Positions 1-11,012 of a stretch of DNA of 64,000 bases are shown here, one piece after another. The notes below the pieces were generated by a model. It saw nothing but the letters and a program-made list of their open reading frames with translations, searched no databases and was not told the origin of the DNA. A program made the translations under genes and the position numbers. Numbering within the stretch: position 1 is the stretch's first letter; each line of letters opens with the position of its first letter. Source of the DNA: Polyangiales bacterium (lineage in GTDB: Bacteria; Myxococcota_A; Polyangia; Polyangiales; Polyangiaceae); the NCBI GenBank assembly GCA_038230375.1, contig JBBRNJ010000029.1, positions 30,026 through 94,025 of the forward strand, given 5' to 3'.

Positions 1-515
1 GGGTCCTCCGCGCGGGTCGGGACACGACGATTCTCACCACGCTGTGCACCGCGTGTCCGCATGGCGCGAAGGGTTGTTGCGTGGTGCCGCCGCGGCTGGC
101 GCTCGCAGACATCGCGCGCATCGTCGCGCACGGAGGGCGTGATTGGCTCCTGGGTGAGCTCGCTGCCGGCCGGATCGTCGCGAAGGACGCGTGGCTGATC
201 CTGACGCGCGCGGAGGCGTGCGTGTATCTGGGAGAGCACGGCTGCACGATCGCCCACGAACGACGCCCGGCAACGTGCAACTTCTACGTCTGCGAGAGCG
301 CGCTCGAAGCCGGCGACGAATCGGCAGCCACGGCACGAGCTGCGCGTGACAAGATCGAGAGCGACTACGCCAGGTGGGACGCCGAGCTCACCGCACTGTC
401 GCAAGCGCGAGCGCCTGACGGGATCGTGTTCGACGCGAGCACGCTCGATCGTCTCGCGACCGATCTAGACGAGCGGGCGCTCGCGTCCCACCTCGACCCC
501 CAGATCGCCTCGTGA
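1..515 (+). CDS. Cys-cluster protein, YkgJ/CxxCxxCC-like (5' end outside window)
   Basis: Frame is open from nt 3 and reads LCTACPHGAKGCC upstream of the listed ORF; later CVYL...GCTI...RPATCNFYVC, the Cys pattern of YkgJ-type proteins. Confidence 0.6.
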   Translation, partial: VLRAGRDTTILTTLCTACPHGAKGCCVVPPRLALADIARIVAHGGRDWLLGELAAGRIVAKDAWLILTRAEACVYLGEHGCTIAHERRPATCNFYVCESALEAGDESAATARAARDKIESDYARWDAELTALSQARAPDGIVFDASTLDRLATDLDERALASHLDPQIAS

Positions 516-527
516 TACGCCGCGATC

Positions 528-1109
528 ATGTCCTTCGAAGACGCTCGTGTCATGGCCGCCACCGAGCTTGGCACCGCGCTCGACCGCGAGGTCGCGGGCG
601 TCGTTGGTGACGCGCCGCCGCTTGTCTCCATTCACGTGGATCGCAAGAGCGACGACGACTTCGAGGTCACGGTGATGGTGAGCATCGCGACGTCACCAAC
701 GACGACGCGGCAAGCGGGAACGTGGACGCTCCGCAGGATTGACCTCATGCGCCTGCGTGCCGTTGTTTCCTGGGCGAGCGCGAAGCACGCCAAGGCGCGC
801 GCGACGTTCGCGAAGTGGCCGGGATGGTCCACGTCGCACGAGGCCAACGCGCGCGAGCTCGCCCGCGTGTTCGACGCCGTTCCCACGCACGTCACCGTGT
901 GGCGCGGCATGCCCACGTCGGAGCGCGGCGAGCCGGCAACGGGGCAGCCCTCGATCGTCCTCATGCTCGACGCGCACGGCCTGGAGATCGAGACCTGTCT
1001 CCACCTCGAGTACACGGCAGAGGAGGGGCACGCAGGCGTCCTTGCCACCGTCACGAAGACCGGTGAGGCTCTTGCGAACTCGCTCGGCGTGCGCTGCGAC
1101 ATCGGGTAG
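528..1109 (+). CDS. hypothetical protein
   Basis: 193-aa ORF with typical GC3 bias, packed between co-oriented genes. Confidence 0.6.
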   Translation: MSFEDARVMAATELGTALDREVAGVVGDAPPLVSIHVDRKSDDDFEVTVMVSIATSPTTTRQAGTWTLRRIDLMRLRAVVSWASAKHAKARATFAKWPGWSTSHEANARELARVFDAVPTHVTVWRGMPTSERGEPATGQPSIVLMLDAHGLEIETCLHLEYTAEEGHAGVLATVTKTGEALANSLGVRCDIG

Positions 1110-1121
1110 CGTCGAGACACG

Positions 1122-1775
1122 GTGGACGACTCGCTCCGGCAAAAGGCGCGAAAGGCGCGCGCAGAGGTACGCGCTGGCGTGCTCCGGGGCACCGCCCTCA
1201 TGGACCGCCTCTCTTCGCTCCCATTTCACGAGCGCGACGACTGGGCCGACGAGCTCCTGGGTGTCGAAGGTCCACCACCGGACGTCCCGCTCCCGCGCGG
1301 CTCGGTGCCGTACCTGCCGTGCGGTGTGGACGAGGTTCTTTCGATGGCCCGCGACGTCCCCGTGCGACCGGACGACGTGGTGGTGGATCTGGGATCGGGG
1401 CTTGGACGCGTCGTCATCCTCGCGCACCTGCTCACGGGCGCGCGAGCACATGGCGTGGAGATCCAGGAACCGCTGGTGCGCAGCGCAAGAGCGCATTGCG
1501 CCGCGCTCGCGCTCCCTCTTGTCTCGTTCGAGCACGCCAACGCCGTGGACGTCGAGCTGGATGGCTCGATCTTTTTTCTCTACGCACCATTCAATGGCGA
1601 GATGTTGACGGCCGTGCTCCGCAACCTGGAGGCGGTGGCACGTAGGCGCGCGATCGTGCTGTGCACGGTCGGCCTCGAATTTCGCGATGTTCCGTGGTTG
1701 TTCCCACGGAAGACCTCGAACGTATCGCTCGCGCTCTATGATTCTCGGGTGTCGGGCGTTCCGCGTCGCGATTGA
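1122..1775 (+). CDS. class I SAM-dependent methyltransferase (DOT1-like)
   Basis: VVDLGSGLGRVV motif I, GVEI motif II, FFLYAPF. Confidence 0.75.
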   Translation: MDDSLRQKARKARAEVRAGVLRGTALMDRLSSLPFHERDDWADELLGVEGPPPDVPLPRGSVPYLPCGVDEVLSMARDVPVRPDDVVVDLGSGLGRVVILAHLLTGARAHGVEIQEPLVRSARAHCAALALPLVSFEHANAVDVELDGSIFFLYAPFNGEMLTAVLRNLEAVARRRAIVLCTVGLEFRDVPWLFPRKTSNVSLALYDSRVSGVPRRD

Positions 1776-1824
1776 CGGCGCGGCCCGACATCGGTGCTAA
1801 CTTCAGGAACAGGAGGGCGGCGCA

Positions 1825-2676
1825 ATGCACGCCTGGTTCGAGCTCATCGGTTCTGTCTTGCGTCCGCGACGTTCTGGCCTCGAGCGATGCAGGCAAGAGC
1901 GTGAGGGGTATGTCGTTGCGCGGCGCGCCAAGTCCGAGCGCACCACGCGTGCAGTCAAGGACTGCGAGCGCAGCATCGAGACGCTGCGGGCCCAGCTCTT
2001 TGCGGCCAACGACGGCTTCGTCGGCGCGCGGATGACGGAGCTCGAGCGCACGTGGCGCACGCTCTCCCGCGTGGACCCGGACGCGGGGCTCATGGACCTC
2101 TGGGCGCGGATCGCACCCGCCTCGTGGATCGATCAGAAGCGCTGGCGCGGCAGCTCGTCCACCACGCGGCTGGATGCTGCCACCCTACTCGCTGCGGATG
2201 TCTCGGGCGTCGAGGCTGCCGAGTCGGCGGTGCGGTCACTCGGCCTTGCACTCGCAGCCTGGGGCACGCCGCTTGGCTCCAGGATCCAGTGGCGCTTGCC
2301 GGATGAAGAGACGCAAGACCGTCCAGATCATGCGGAGGCTCTGCTCGCGACGCCGCTGCGCGCTGCAAGCGAAGCGCTCGTCGCCTCTGACGTGGAAGAG
2401 ATCGTCGTGGGTCGCGCCCGCCGCTTCCAGGACGAGGTCCGCGAGGCCGCGCGCAGCCGGATCCCAGAGCGCCCGGACCTGGTGCGGAGCATCGCGCACG
2501 CTGCCTTCGTGGACTACCTGTTTGACGCCGTCGCCCGCGGAAGTGACGCGCGTAGTGCCCAGCGCGGCCTCGGTGATCGCCCGAACCCCGTGGTGCCGCT
2601 GAGCGCGCTGTGGGCGACCGGGTACGCGATCGCTGCCGTTGACTCGTCTGGCGTGACGCTCGAAATCCCGGCCTGA
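1825..2676 (+). CDS. hypothetical protein
   Basis: 283-aa ORF preceded by AGGAGG Shine-Dalgarno. Confidence 0.65.
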   Translation: MHAWFELIGSVLRPRRSGLERCRQEREGYVVARRAKSERTTRAVKDCERSIETLRAQLFAANDGFVGARMTELERTWRTLSRVDPDAGLMDLWARIAPASWIDQKRWRGSSSTTRLDAATLLAADVSGVEAAESAVRSLGLALAAWGTPLGSRIQWRLPDEETQDRPDHAEALLATPLRAASEALVASDVEEIVVGRARRFQDEVREAARSRIPERPDLVRSIAHAAFVDYLFDAVARGSDARSAQRGLGDRPNPVVPLSALWATGYAIAAVDSSGVTLEIPA

Positions 2677-2691
2677 CATCACCGCGCGACC

Positions 2692-3922
2692 TCACCGCGC
2701 GACTGAGCGCGCGGCTTCCCAGAGGCGGTTGACGCGCTCGAGGACGGAGCGTGGGTGCATGGTGCCCTTGTAGACGTAGAGCGCCGCCGGAGCATCCGCG
2801 GGCAAGACGGCCTCGCTCACGCGGAGCCGCTCGCTCACCGCGAAGAGGATCGGCGCCGAGAGCCCGGCCTGCACCAGCTCCACGCGCTTCCACACGGCGT
2901 CGCGGCTCCAGTAGCCCATCGACTCCACATACACGGTTCGTCCGTCGCGCTCGAGCGCCAGGTCCGGCACGCACAGCCCCACGCCGGCGAGCTCCAGGAT
3001 GGCGTCCGCAGGTCGCGCGCGCCATGCGGGGTCGAGCGCCTCGATCGCCTTCGCGAGCGCCTTCACGTCATCCGCGAGCCACCTGGGTGCAGGCGCGGCG
3101 CGGGCTCCCACCATCTTCTCCACCCGAGATTCTCCGTCTATGCGGAAGAGCAGCGGAGCACGGTCGTTCCCCCAGAGCACCTCCGCCGCAAGCGACCATG
3201 CGTCGCAGCCATCCAGCGCCGGCAGCACCATCGCAAGCTCGAGGCCGTACTTCGTGGCCGACTCGAACAGCGAGAATGGGCCATCGATCGTGATGCGATG
3301 ACCGTCTTCGAGCTTCTCGATCACGTGGAGCAGACGCAGGAACTTGAGCTTGCGAAAGAGCGCGCGCGTGGCCCCGGCCGAGGCGGTCACGTCCACCACG
3401 ATCTTGGTCGCACGCAAGAGGACAGCCTGGGCCTGGCCGCGCTCGAACGCGTGCACCAGCGCCGCGGGACCGATGGCATCGAACGCGAGCAGCTTGTGCG
3501 CAGCGCGCAGATCCGAGAACAGCGCTCGCTCCACGACCTGCTCGGTGACGTTGCGTGCGGTCGCGGCAGCCAAGAGGATCTCGGACCGCACGAACGTCCC
3601 ATTCTTTCGAGCGGCAGCTGCGTGCTGGAACACGTCCCGTCGCAGCCGCTCCGGCTCGAGGTCCGGGCTCGCCTGGACAGCCTCGAACGTGCAGCGATCC
3701 AGCAGCAGCTTGGTGAGCCCCGCCTTCGTCTTCTGATCCTTCGCGTCCGCTTCCACCGCAGAAAGCGCGTCCTCAACGTCCTTCCTGGACGCGCCGTCTT
3801 CGGTCCGCAACATCGTGATGCAGTCGACCATGAGCCCAGCGACCGCAAGCGCGCGCTCCCTTGCGTCGGCCTTGAACGCGACAAGCCGCAGCTCATTGCC
3901 CTTCCGGCGCACGTTGACCAGA

Positions 3923-3936
<14 letters not shown>
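2692..3936 (-). CDS. DUF790 family putative nuclease (Bax1-like, PD-(D/E)XK fold)
   Basis: GTG start giving MLTADL; IDGPFSLFESATKYG; C-terminal VPDL...YVESMGYWS nuclease-like motif; overlaps the helicase stop. Confidence 0.85.
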
Positions 3937-5281
<1,345 letters not shown>

Positions 5282-5350
5282 CGATACGGACCTGTCGCCC
5301 CAGCCATGTCGCGCCTCCGGGCCCGATGCTAGCCGTGATACTCTCATGGC

Positions 5351-6220
5351 GTGATGCCGCTCGGTGCGAGTACCCGAAAATCAGCCTCACGCGCCATCTG
5401 GATCGCCACGTCGATCGCGGTCGCGCTCGTGGGCTGCGGTCTCGCCAGCGTGGGCACGGGTCAGCTCGCGAGCGAGCAAGACGCCGCGGGCTCCGACGCC
5501 ACCGTCTCCGACGCCAGGACCGGCGACGGCGGCGGGAGCGGGCTGGTCGACGGTGGCTCTTCGGGCGACGCTGGTGTGCCGCTCGAGGGTGGCTGCTTCG
5601 TGCTCGTGAGCGACGACTTCTCCAATCCCGATCCGCGCTGGGTTGTCATGAACGACGGCACGTTCGCTGGTGGTGCCGCCGTGCTCGTACAGCCGCAGAT
5701 CCTTCACCGCGGGGGCATCTTCATGGCCGTTGATGCAGCGATCCCGCCGAGCACGCTGCACGCCACGTTCACCATGCTCATGGCTGCCGACGCAGGTCCG
5801 GCCGATGCCGCTCCTGGCGACGGGATCATGCTCGCGTGGGCCTCGGACCTGTCCACGCCACCGCTGGGCGGCACGGGCTCGGAGATGGGCTTCTGTCCAG
5901 ACTCCAACAGCGCAAGCCGCGGCCCGAACGGGGCGGCACTGGCGCTTCACGTGAGCCCGTACATTGGCGCATCGCAGCGCGAATCGGACGGCGGCTACTG
6001 CGTCGTCAACAACAACCCTGTGCCGGTCGCGTTCACCGGGTCGCAGAAGGTCGCTGTGTCCGTCACGGGCGTCTACATCGATGGTGGCGTCGGCAGCACC
6101 GCGTTCAACTTCGAGCTCTCGAAGGCCGTTCCCATTCGCTGGATCGGCTTCACCGCGGGGACCGGCGGCGACGTCGCCACCTTCTCCGTCGACAACGTGG
6201 TCATCACGATCTGCCCTTAG
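5351..6220 (+). CDS. lipoprotein with legume-lectin/ConA-like domain
   Basis: Lipobox-like ALVGC, Asp/Gly linker, GDGIML and WIGFTAGTGG lectin-like motifs. Confidence 0.6.
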   Translation: MMPLGASTRKSASRAIWIATSIAVALVGCGLASVGTGQLASEQDAAGSDATVSDARTGDGGGSGLVDGGSSGDAGVPLEGGCFVLVSDDFSNPDPRWVVMNDGTFAGGAAVLVQPQILHRGGIFMAVDAAIPPSTLHATFTMLMAADAGPADAAPGDGIMLAWASDLSTPPLGGTGSEMGFCPDSNSASRGPNGAALALHVSPYIGASQRESDGGYCVVNNNPVPVAFTGSQKVAVSVTGVYIDGGVGSTAFNFELSKAVPIRWIGFTAGTGGDVATFSVDNVVITICP

Positions 6221-6866
6221 GACGCGCGGGCGGGGCGAGCAGCGCAAGTGTGGTCTCGCCGACCGATAGTGCGCTCACGGGAAGATCGAGCTCGATCATC
6301 GCGGTGACTCCGAGCGCGAGCGCCGTCATGAGCATGGTGACCTGCTCCGGCGTCACGTCCTTGCGGAGCGCGTTCTCGCGAAGGTCGCGCGTGAGACCGT
6401 CCGCGATGAGGTGCTGCGCCTTCTTCACCATCGCCCGGTAACGCTGCCCCACGACCTTCGATCGCTGACAGGCCTCCATGAGGTGGTGGAAGCGGATCGC
6501 CTTGCCGCCGTGGACCGCGGCGTCGCGCGCATCTGCGGCCATGCAGAAGAAGCGCACTGCCTGCGCGACGCCTCCGCTCTCGAAGGACGCGGCGGACGTG
6601 AGCACGTCCAGGAACTGCCCCAGTACGTGATCCATCACGGAGACCAGGAAGTCCTCCCGATCCTTGAAGTGCACGTAGAACGCGCCGCGCGTGAATCCGG
6701 CGCGCGCGCAGATCTGATCCAGGCTCGGCGCCTCGAGTCCGTGCTCCGACAGCTCGGCCAGGCCGGCCGCAAGCAGTGCCTGCCGCGTCTCTTGCTTCTG
6801 GGCGTCGCGGTCCGCAGGCGTCGGCTTGCGACGCACGGGCTCACGACGCGCGTTCTTTCCAGGCAT
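6204..6866 (-). CDS. TetR/AcrR family transcriptional regulator
   Basis: HTH SLDQICARAGFTRGAFYVHFKDRE; start placed at MPGKNAR. Confidence 0.92.
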   Translation of the reverse strand: MPGKNARREPVRRKPTPADRDAQKQETRQALLAAGLAELSEHGLEAPSLDQICARAGFTRGAFYVHFKDREDFLVSVMDHVLGQFLDVLTSAASFESGGVAQAVRFFCMAADARDAAVHGGKAIRFHHLMEACQRSKVVGQRYRAMVKKAQHLIADGLTRDLRENALRKDVTPEQVTMLMTALALGVTAMIELDLPVSALSVGETTLALLAPPARPKGRS

Positions 6867-6873
6867 CCGTTTG

Positions 6874-6924
6874 ACATACCAGTTCGTATGTGACAAGAGA
6901 AGGCCACATACGAGTCCGTATGTG
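6874..6924. promoter_or_regulatory. two palindromic TetR-type operators ACATAC-N6-GTATGT
   Basis: ACATACcagttcGTATGT at 6874-6891 and CACATACgagtccGTATGTG at 6905-6924, between divergent tetR and SDR genes. Confidence 0.8.
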
Positions 6925-6939
6925 AGAGGTGAATGCCCG

Positions 6940-7833
6940 ATGAGTGTTCAGAAGATCGTCCTCGTCACTGGTGCCAGCTCCGGAATCGGGCGCGCAGCTG
7001 CGCTGTCGCTCGCGCGAGGCGGCTACTGGGTGTTCGCCGGAGCCAGGCGAATCGCTGCGCTCGAGGCGCTCCGTGCGGAGCTCGCCGATGCCGGTGACGT
7101 GAAGAACGGCGGCCGCATCACGCCGCTGCCCTTGGACATGGACGACCCGAAGAGCATCGCAGACGCAGTCGCTGCGATCGGCGCGGCCACGGATGGCTAC
7201 GGCGTGGACGTGCTGGTGAACAACGCCGGCTTCGCAACGGCCGGTGCGCTCGCCGAGCTGGGCGATGCCGACCTGCGCGCGCAGTTCGAGACGAACGTCT
7301 TCGGCCTGATGTCACTGACGCGCGCGCTCTTGCCGGCCATGTTCGAGCGTGGCGCCGGTCGCGTCATCAACGTGAGCAGCGTGAGCGGGCGCATTCCAGC
7401 GCCCATGCTCGGCGCCTACCACGCGAGCAAGTACGCGCTGGAGGCCCTGTCCGACGCGCTCCGCATGGAGCTCCAGCCGTTCGGGATCAAGGTCGTCATC
7501 GTGGAGCCTGGGACCATTCGCACGGAGTTCGCGAACCGAACGACAGGGGAGGCCACGCGCGCCAGGACTGGTCCCACGCGCTACGGGCACCTCTACGAAG
7601 AGATGGCCACCTTCGAGTCCACATTCGACAAGATGGCCTCCGGGCCCGAGCACGTGGTCCGTGCGATCGAGCGAGCAGCCGCCGCGAGCCACCCGAGGAC
7701 GCGTTACGTCGCGCCTGCGCGGTTCATGGCCCTCATCGCGTTGGTCGCCATCTTGCCCACGTGCCTGACGGACGCGATCACGCGCAGGCTGTTCGGCCTC
7801 ACCCCGCGCCTGGCAAAGCTCGCCTCACGCTAG
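6940..7833 (+). CDS. SDR family NAD(P)-dependent oxidoreductase
   Basis: TGASSGIG, NNAG, YHASK (YxxxK), EPG; start MSVQK. Confidence 0.93.
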   Translation: MSVQKIVLVTGASSGIGRAAALSLARGGYWVFAGARRIAALEALRAELADAGDVKNGGRITPLPLDMDDPKSIADAVAAIGAATDGYGVDVLVNNAGFATAGALAELGDADLRAQFETNVFGLMSLTRALLPAMFERGAGRVINVSSVSGRIPAPMLGAYHASKYALEALSDALRMELQPFGIKVVIVEPGTIRTEFANRTTGEATRARTGPTRYGHLYEEMATFESTFDKMASGPEHVVRAIERAAAASHPRTRYVAPARFMALIALVAILPTCLTDAITRRLFGLTPRLAKLASR

Positions 7834-7839
7834 GACGCG

Positions 7840-9603
7840 TCAGTGCTTCGCGGCCGGAGAGGTGGCCCACGAGCGGAGGCCTTCCGCCGTACCTGCGTTC
7901 AGGATTCGCGCCGGGTCGACCCACGCGCGCTCCGCGTTCATGGCGGCGTAGATCACGCGATCCAGCTCGTTTTCGTGGTGTGCGTCGCTGGTCAACACGA
8001 ACTGCACCTTGCGATCGCGCGCGGTGCGCAGCACCTCCACGGACAGGTCGAGCCGCGGGAGTGAGCCGTTGATCTCCAGCGCCGTATTCGTCCGCTCCGC
8101 CGCGTCGAAGATGGCATCCATGTCCAGCTCGATGCCGGGCCGTGCGCCGATCATCCGCGCGGAGAGATGCCCGATCATCTTCACGCATGGGTCTTCCATC
8201 GCGGCGATGACGCGCCTGGTCTGCGCTGCGCGATCGAGGTCGAAGTGGTCGTGCACGGAGGCCAGGCAGAAGCCGTAGCCCTGGCGGAACTCTGCGTCGT
8301 AGTCGAGCTCGCCCTTCGGGCCGATGTTCAGCTCCACCCCCGCGAGGAGCGTCATGGTGTCACCGAGCTCCTTCTGCATGGCAGCGATCTTCTCGCGCTG
8401 ATCCAGCATCGCCTGGCGCCCTACGCCCGAGAGCGTGCCCTCCGCATGGTCCGTGATGGCAAGGACCTTGTAGCCGCGCGCCTTCGCCGCAGCGACCACG
8501 TTCTCGAGCGACGAGTGCCCATCGCCGGACATGTCCGTGTGGACGTGGAAGTCGCCCAGGATGGGGCCGACTGCACGCGGAAGGGTGCCCTTCTCCGCCG
8601 CCTCGATCTCGCCCATGTCCTCACGCAAGACGGGCGGGATGAAGCGAAGTCCGAGCGCCTCGTAGATCTGCTCCTCCGTCTCGCACGCGACCACGCGCCC
8701 GCCTTCGAGCTCCGAGAGCGCGTACTCGTTCAGCGTCCACCCACGAGACAGCGCGCGCTGACGCAGCTTGATGTTGTGCGCCTTGGAGCCGGTGAAATAG
8801 AGCCGCGCCGCGCCGAGCTCGTGAGCCGCCACCACACGAAGATCCACCTGCGTCCCGCGATGAGTGACGATGCTCGTCTTGTTCGCGCCACGCACCAGGA
8901 CGCGGTCCACGAAGCCGAGCGAGACGAGCGCCTCCATCACGGGCATCGCATCTGCGGCGGCGACCATGATGTCCACGTCGCCGATCGTCTCCGTGAAGCG
9001 ACGCAACGAGCCGCAGTACGACGCGTGCGTGACGCCCTTCACCTTCAAGAGCTCCGCGACGATGCGGTTCGCGAGCGGCAACGCGACAGAGACCGGTGTG
9101 CGACCGACCACCCCTTGCTCGTCCATCTTGGCGAGCGCCTGCGCAAACTTCTCTTCCGATTTCTGACCAAACCCCTTGAGCGCCTGCACCTTGTGGTCTG
9201 CGAGTGCCTTGCGAAGGTCGTCTATCGACTGGACGTTGAGCTCTTCGCGGAGCTTCTTCACGGCCTTCGGGCCCATGCCCTGGATCTTGAGGAGCGCCAC
9301 GACACTGCGCGGATGCTTCTGCCGCAGGCCCTCGAGCTTCTCGACCTTGCCAGTGTCCAGGAGCTGCCGGATCTTCTCCGCCGTGCTCTTGCCGATGCCG
9401 TCGATCTTCTGGAGCTCCTTCGCGGAGAGCTTGTTCACGTCCGTCGCGAGCGCCGTGATCGCCTGGGTCGCGCTCTCGTAGGCGCGCACGCGAAACGACT
9501 GCGGATCACCTTCGTCGAGCATCGTGAGCTCCGCGAGATCGCGGAGCATGTCGAGGACGTCTTGCTTCGTCCGGCGCGGGGGTTCCCCGGGGGCATCACT
9601 CAT
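7840..9603 (-). CDS. polX: DNA polymerase X with PHP domain
   Basis: HhH IDGIGKS, GSLRR, catalytic GDVD...VDLR, YFTGSKAHN; PHP motifs HVHT, TDH, GH, SDAH. Confidence 0.93.
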   Translation of the reverse strand: MSDAPGEPPRRTKQDVLDMLRDLAELTMLDEGDPQSFRVRAYESATQAITALATDVNKLSAKELQKIDGIGKSTAEKIRQLLDTGKVEKLEGLRQKHPRSVVALLKIQGMGPKAVKKLREELNVQSIDDLRKALADHKVQALKGFGQKSEEKFAQALAKMDEQGVVGRTPVSVALPLANRIVAELLKVKGVTHASYCGSLRRFTETIGDVDIMVAAADAMPVMEALVSLGFVDRVLVRGANKTSIVTHRGTQVDLRVVAAHELGAARLYFTGSKAHNIKLRQRALSRGWTLNEYALSELEGGRVVACETEEQIYEALGLRFIPPVLREDMGEIEAAEKGTLPRAVGPILGDFHVHTDMSGDGHSSLENVVAAAKARGYKVLAITDHAEGTLSGVGRQAMLDQREKIAAMQKELGDTMTLLAGVELNIGPKGELDYDAEFRQGYGFCLASVHDHFDLDRAAQTRRVIAAMEDPCVKMIGHLSARMIGARPGIELDMDAIFDAAERTNTALEINGSLPRLDLSVEVLRTARDRKVQFVLTSDAHHENELDRVIYAAMNAERAWVDPARILNAGTAEGLRSWATSPAAKH

Positions 9604-9626
9604 ACAGTTGGTGTACCCTTGGAATC
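9604..9626. promoter_or_regulatory. putative bidirectional promoter with overlapping -10 elements
   Basis: Only 23 bp between divergent starts; TACCCT (+, 9614-9619) is 7 nt before GTG 9627 and TACACC (-, 9610-9615) is 6 nt before ATG 9603. Confidence 0.6.
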
Positions 9627-11006
9627 GTGAGCAAGGAAGAGGCCGCAGAGGTGATCTCGGTCGGTGGGCAAGAGGTACGCATCACCCATCCCAGCAAGCC
9701 CTATTTCACCAAGGAGACGAAGCTCTCCAAGCTCGACATCGTCCGGTACTACCTCTCCGTCGCGGATGGTGCGCTGCGCGGGATCAAGGACCGCCCGATC
9801 GTGCTCAAGCGGTTCGTGGACGGCGCCGAGAGCCCGCCGTTTTACCAGAAGCGCGCGCCCCCGAATCTCCCCTCGTTCCTCCGCACCGCGACGCTCTCGT
9901 TTCCGTCCGGGCGCACTGCGGAGGAGGTGGTCGTGGACAACGCGGCGGGACTCGCGTGGGTCGCCAACCTGGGTTGCATGGAGCTGCATCCGCATCCAGT
10001 GCGCTCGGGAGATGTGGAGCACCCCGACGAGCTGCGCGTCGATCTGGATCCGGGCCCTGGCGTGGCGTGGGACGACGTGCGGAAGGTCGCGCTCGAGGTG
10101 AACGCGTTCCTCGCCGAGCTCGGCCTTCGCGGCTTTGCGAAGACCAGTGGCTCGCGCGGCATCCACGTGAACGTGCGCATCCAGCCGCGCTGGACCTTCA
10201 CGCAGGTGCGACAGGCAGCGCTCGCGTTCTCGCGCGAGATCGAGCGCCGCGCGCCCACCCTCGCCACGTCGAAGTGGTGGAAGGAAGAACGTCACGGCGT
10301 CTTCCTGGACTACAACCAGAATGCCAAGGATCGCACGACCGCGTCCGCATACTCCGTGCGCCCGCTTCCAGATGCGCGCGTGTCTGCGCCGCTCACGTGG
10401 GACGAAGTGCCGGTGTGCGATCCGGCTGATTTCACGGTGCTCACGATGCCGCAACGCTTCGCGACGATCGGCGATCCTCACGACCACATGGACACGACGG
10501 CCGCCTCGCTGGAGGCGCTGCTGGAGTTTGCAGCCAAGGACGACGCATCCGGGCTGGGCGACGCGCCGTGGCCGCCACACTTCCCGAAGGCCGCGCGCGA
10601 GGCTGCCCGCGTCGCGCCGTCTCGTGCGAAGGGAGCACGCAAGAAGGCTGCGACGGCAGATACCGGTGACTCTGAAGATGCCGGTGACTCCGCCGCCGCA
10701 GCCCCCAAGCCCGCGCGCGCGGCCCGCACGTCCAAGATGCCGCTCCTCACGATCGCGAACTCACCCGACAAGGCCGCAGCGCTCGAAGGGCTCGAGCGCT
10801 GGAAGACGAAGTACCCGGAGGCGGCCGCGCTGCTGGCGGTGGATGACGTGCTCGTCGATTCGATGCGCGGTCGCTCGTCCACATGGACACGCATCCGCGT
10901 GAACCTGCGCAACGTGCCAGAGGCCTCCCGGCCCGCGCAAGAGACGCCCGACCCCGACGAGGATCCCACGCGCGCCTGGCGCGAAGCGATGAAGGCCCCC
11001 ACGTAG
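9627..11006 (+). CDS. stand-alone LigD-type primase-polymerase (Prim-PolC-like) with extra C-terminal domain
   Basis: FYQKRAP, RVDLDP, KTSGSRGIHV, FLDYNQN, AYSVRP, WPPHFPK. Confidence 0.9.
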   Translation: MSKEEAAEVISVGGQEVRITHPSKPYFTKETKLSKLDIVRYYLSVADGALRGIKDRPIVLKRFVDGAESPPFYQKRAPPNLPSFLRTATLSFPSGRTAEEVVVDNAAGLAWVANLGCMELHPHPVRSGDVEHPDELRVDLDPGPGVAWDDVRKVALEVNAFLAELGLRGFAKTSGSRGIHVNVRIQPRWTFTQVRQAALAFSREIERRAPTLATSKWWKEERHGVFLDYNQNAKDRTTASAYSVRPLPDARVSAPLTWDEVPVCDPADFTVLTMPQRFATIGDPHDHMDTTAASLEALLEFAAKDDASGLGDAPWPPHFPKAAREAARVAPSRAKGARKKAATADTGDSEDAGDSAAAAPKPARAARTSKMPLLTIANSPDKAAALEGLERWKTKYPEAAALLAVDDVLVDSMRGRSSTWTRIRVNLRNVPEASRPAQETPDPDEDPTRAWREAMKAPT

Positions 11007-11012
11007 CGGGAG

